From positions 110,484,001 through 110,548,000 of the forward strand of contig OZ024744.1 in assembly GCA_964016885.1 (NCBI GenBank): 64,000 bases of DNA, in the 5' to 3' direction. This DNA comes from Eledone cirrhosa. Its lineage: Eukaryota. The notes under the pieces were generated by a model. The model did no database searches, had not been told where the DNA came from, and worked only from the letters and a program-made list of their open reading frames with translations. The position numbers were made by a program, and so were the translations under genes. Below, piece after piece: positions 60,951-64,000 of this stretch; positions within the stretch are counted from its first letter, which is position 1; the number at the start of each line of letters is the position of its first letter.

Positions 60951-63900
60951 ACAACCCACTCTAACTTACCTTGCCCTGAACACAGTAAAACTACACAATC
61001 CACTATAACTTACCTTGCCCTGAACACTGTAAAACTACACAATCCACTATAACTTACCTTGCTCTGAACACAGTAAAAGTACATAATCCACTATAACTTA
61101 CCTTGCCCTGAACACAGTAAAACTACACAATCCACTATAAATTACCCTGCCCTGAACACAGTAAAACTACACAATCCACTATAACTTACCTTGCTCTGAA
61201 CACAGTAAAACTACACAATCCACTATAACTTACCTTGCTCTGAACACAGTAAAACTACACAATCCACTATAAATTACCCTGCCCTGAACACAGTAAAACT
61301 ACACAATCCACTATAAATTACTTTGCCCTGAACACACAAAAACTACACAATTTTCTATAACTTATCTTGCCCTGAACACAGTAAACTACAGAATCCACTA
61401 TAACTTACCTTGCCCTGAACACAGTAAAACTACACAATCCACTGTAACTTACCTTGCTCTGAACACAGTAAAACTACACAATCCACTGTAACTTACCTTG
61501 CTCTGAACACAGTAAAACTACACGATCCACTATAACTTACCTTGCCCTGAACACAGTAAAACTACACAATCCACTATAAATTACCTTGCCCTGAACACAG
61601 TAAAATTATACAATCCACTATAACTTACCTTGCTCTGAACACAGTAAAACTACACAACCCACTATAACTTACCTTGCCCTGAACACAGTAAAACTACACA
61701 ATCCACTATAACTTACCTTGCCCTGAACAGATTAAAACTACACAATATACTATAATTTACCTTGCCCTGAACACAGTAAAAGTACATAATCCACTATAAC
61801 TTACCTTCCCTGAACACAGTAAAACTACACAATCCACTATAACTTACCTTGCCCTGAACACAGTAAAACTACACAATCCACTATAACTTACCTTGCTCTG
61901 AACACAGTAAAACTACACAACCCACTATAACTTACCTTGCCCTGAACACAGTAAAACTACATAATCCACTATAATTTACCTTGCTCTGAACACAGTAAAA
62001 CTATATAATCCACTATAGCTTACCTTGCTCTGAACACAGTAAAACTACACAACCCACTATAACTTACCTTGCTCTGAACACAGTAAAACTACATAATCCA
62101 CTATAACTTACCTTGACCTGAACACAGTAAAACTACACAATCCACTATAACTTACCTTGCCCTGAACACAGTAAAACAACGCAACCCACTATAACTTACC
62201 TTGCCCTGAACACAGTAAAACTATACAACCCACTATAACTTACCTTGCCCTGAACACAGTAAAACTACATAATCCACTATAACTTACCTTGCCCTGAACA
62301 CAGTAAAACTACACAATCCACTATAACTTACCTTGCTCTGAACAGAGTAAAACAACGCAACCCACTATAACTTACCTTGCTCTGAACACAGTAAAACTAT
62401 ATAATCCACTATTGCTTACCTTGCCCTGAACACAGTAAAACTACATAATCCACTATAAATTACCTTGCCCTGAACACAGTAAAACTACACAACCCTCTAT
62501 AACTTACCTTGCTCTGAACACAGTAAAACTACATAACCCTCTATAACTTACCTTGCTCTGAACACAGTAAAACTACACAACCCTCTATAACTTACCTTGC
62601 CCTGAACACAGTAAAACTACATAATCCACTATAACTTACCATGTCTGAACACAGTAAAACTACACAACCCTCTATAACTTACCTTGCTCTGAACAGAGTA
62701 AAACAACGCAACCCACTATAACTTACCTTACTCTGAACACAGTAAAACTACATAATCCACTATAACTTACTTTGCCATGAACACAGTAAAACTACACAAC
62801 CCTCTATAACTTACCTTGCCCTGAACACAGTAAAACTACACAATCCACTATAACTTACCTTGCTCTGAACACAGTAAAACTACACAATCCACTATAACTT
62901 ACCTTGCCCTGAACACAGTAAAACTACACAATCCACTATAACTTACCTTGCCCTGAACACAGTAAAACTACATAATCCACTATAACTTACCTTGCTATGA
63001 ACACAGTAAAACTACACAACCCTCTATAACTTACCTTGCTCTGAACACAGTAAAACTACACAATCCACTATAACTTACCTTGCCCTGAACACAGTAAAAC
63101 TACACAGTCCACTATAACTTACCTTGCCCTGAACACAGTAAAACTACATAATCCACTATAACTTACCATGCCTGAACACAGTAAAACTACACAATCCACT
63201 ATAACTTACCTTGCCCTGAACACAGTAAAACTACACAATCCACTATAACTTACCTTGCCCTGAACACAGTAAAACTACATAATCCACTATAACTTACCTT
63301 GCCCTGAACACAGTAAAACTACACAATCCACTATAACTTACCTTGCCCTGAACACAGTAAAACTACATAATCCACTATAACTTACCTTGCCCTGAACACA
63401 GTAAAACTACATAATCCACTATAACTTACCATGCCTGAACACAGTAAAACTACACAATCCACTATAACTTAGCTTGCCCTGAACACAGTAAAACTACACA
63501 ATCCACTATAACTTACCTTGCCCTGAACACAGTAAAACTACATAATCCACTATAACTTACCTTGCCCTGAACACAGTAAAACTACATAATCCACTATAAC
63601 TTACCATGCCTGAACACAGTAAAACTACACAATCTTCTATAACTTACCTTGCCCTGAACACAGTAAAATTACACAATCCACTATAACTTACCTTGCTCTG
63701 AACACAGTAAAACTACACAAACCACTATAAAATACCTTGCCCTGAACACAGTAAAACTATATAATCCACTATAGCTTACCTTGCCCTGAACACAGTAAAA
63801 CTATACAACCCACTATAACTTACCTTGCCCTGAACACAGTAAAACTACATAATCCACTATGGCTTACCTTGCCCTGAACACTGTAAAACTACACAATCCA

Positions 63901-64000
63901 CTATAACTTACCTTGCTCTGAACACAGTAAAACTACACAATCCACTATAAATTACCCTGCCCTGAACACAGTAAAACTACACAATCCACTATAAATTACT

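Larger units (their letters stand above)
1..64000. repeat. Tandem satellite array, 44-bp monomer (ATAACTTACCTTGCCCTGAACACAGTAAAACTACACAATCCACT), about 1,450 copies, single orientation, extends beyond both window ends
   Basis: The 44-bp periodicity is continuous from the first to the last line. Monomers differ from consensus by a few substitutions and occasional short indels. No unique sequence or inverted block seen. Confidence 0.99.

Noticed and set aside
1-64000. CRISPR array
   Set aside because: There are no unique spacers. The entire 44-bp unit is repeated, and there is no leader or cas gene.
1-64000. Unspliced repeat-protein CDS
   Set aside because: 44 is not a multiple of 3, and the consensus has stops on both strands (+: TAA, TGA, TAA; -: TAG, TAA, TAG). 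Every frame closes within about three monomers.
1-64000. Pure sequencing or assembly artefact, or synthetic concatemer
   Set aside because: Structured, linked, hierarchically inherited variants fit natural satellite evolution. The copy number of individual blocks could still be mis-assembled.

Overview
The whole 64 kb window is one uninterrupted, head-to-tail, single-orientation satellite array. The monomer is 44 bp (+ strand consensus ATAACTTACCTTGCCCTGAACACAGTAAAACTACACAATCCACT; consensus A17 C14 T10 G3, about 39% GC, no CpG), giving roughly 1,450 copies, and both array ends lie outside the window. I see no unspliced ORF, RNA gene, transposon insertion or CRISPR spacer. Diagnostic monomer variants reveal nested higher-order duplications of about 0.13, 0.2, 1.0, 1.7, 2.2, 2.4-2.7, 3.0 and 4.1-4.2 kb, plus a related block about 23 kb away. 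The most unusual property is on the minus strand. There each monomer reads TTTTACTGTGTTCAG|GGCAAG|GTAAGT: a 3' splice-site-like sequence, a 6-nt microexon-like core and a consensus U1 5' splice site, separated by 38-nt GT-AG intron-like spacers. Whether these sites are transcribed or used cannot be told from the sequence. Block boundaries were estimated by eye from marker variants and are approximate.
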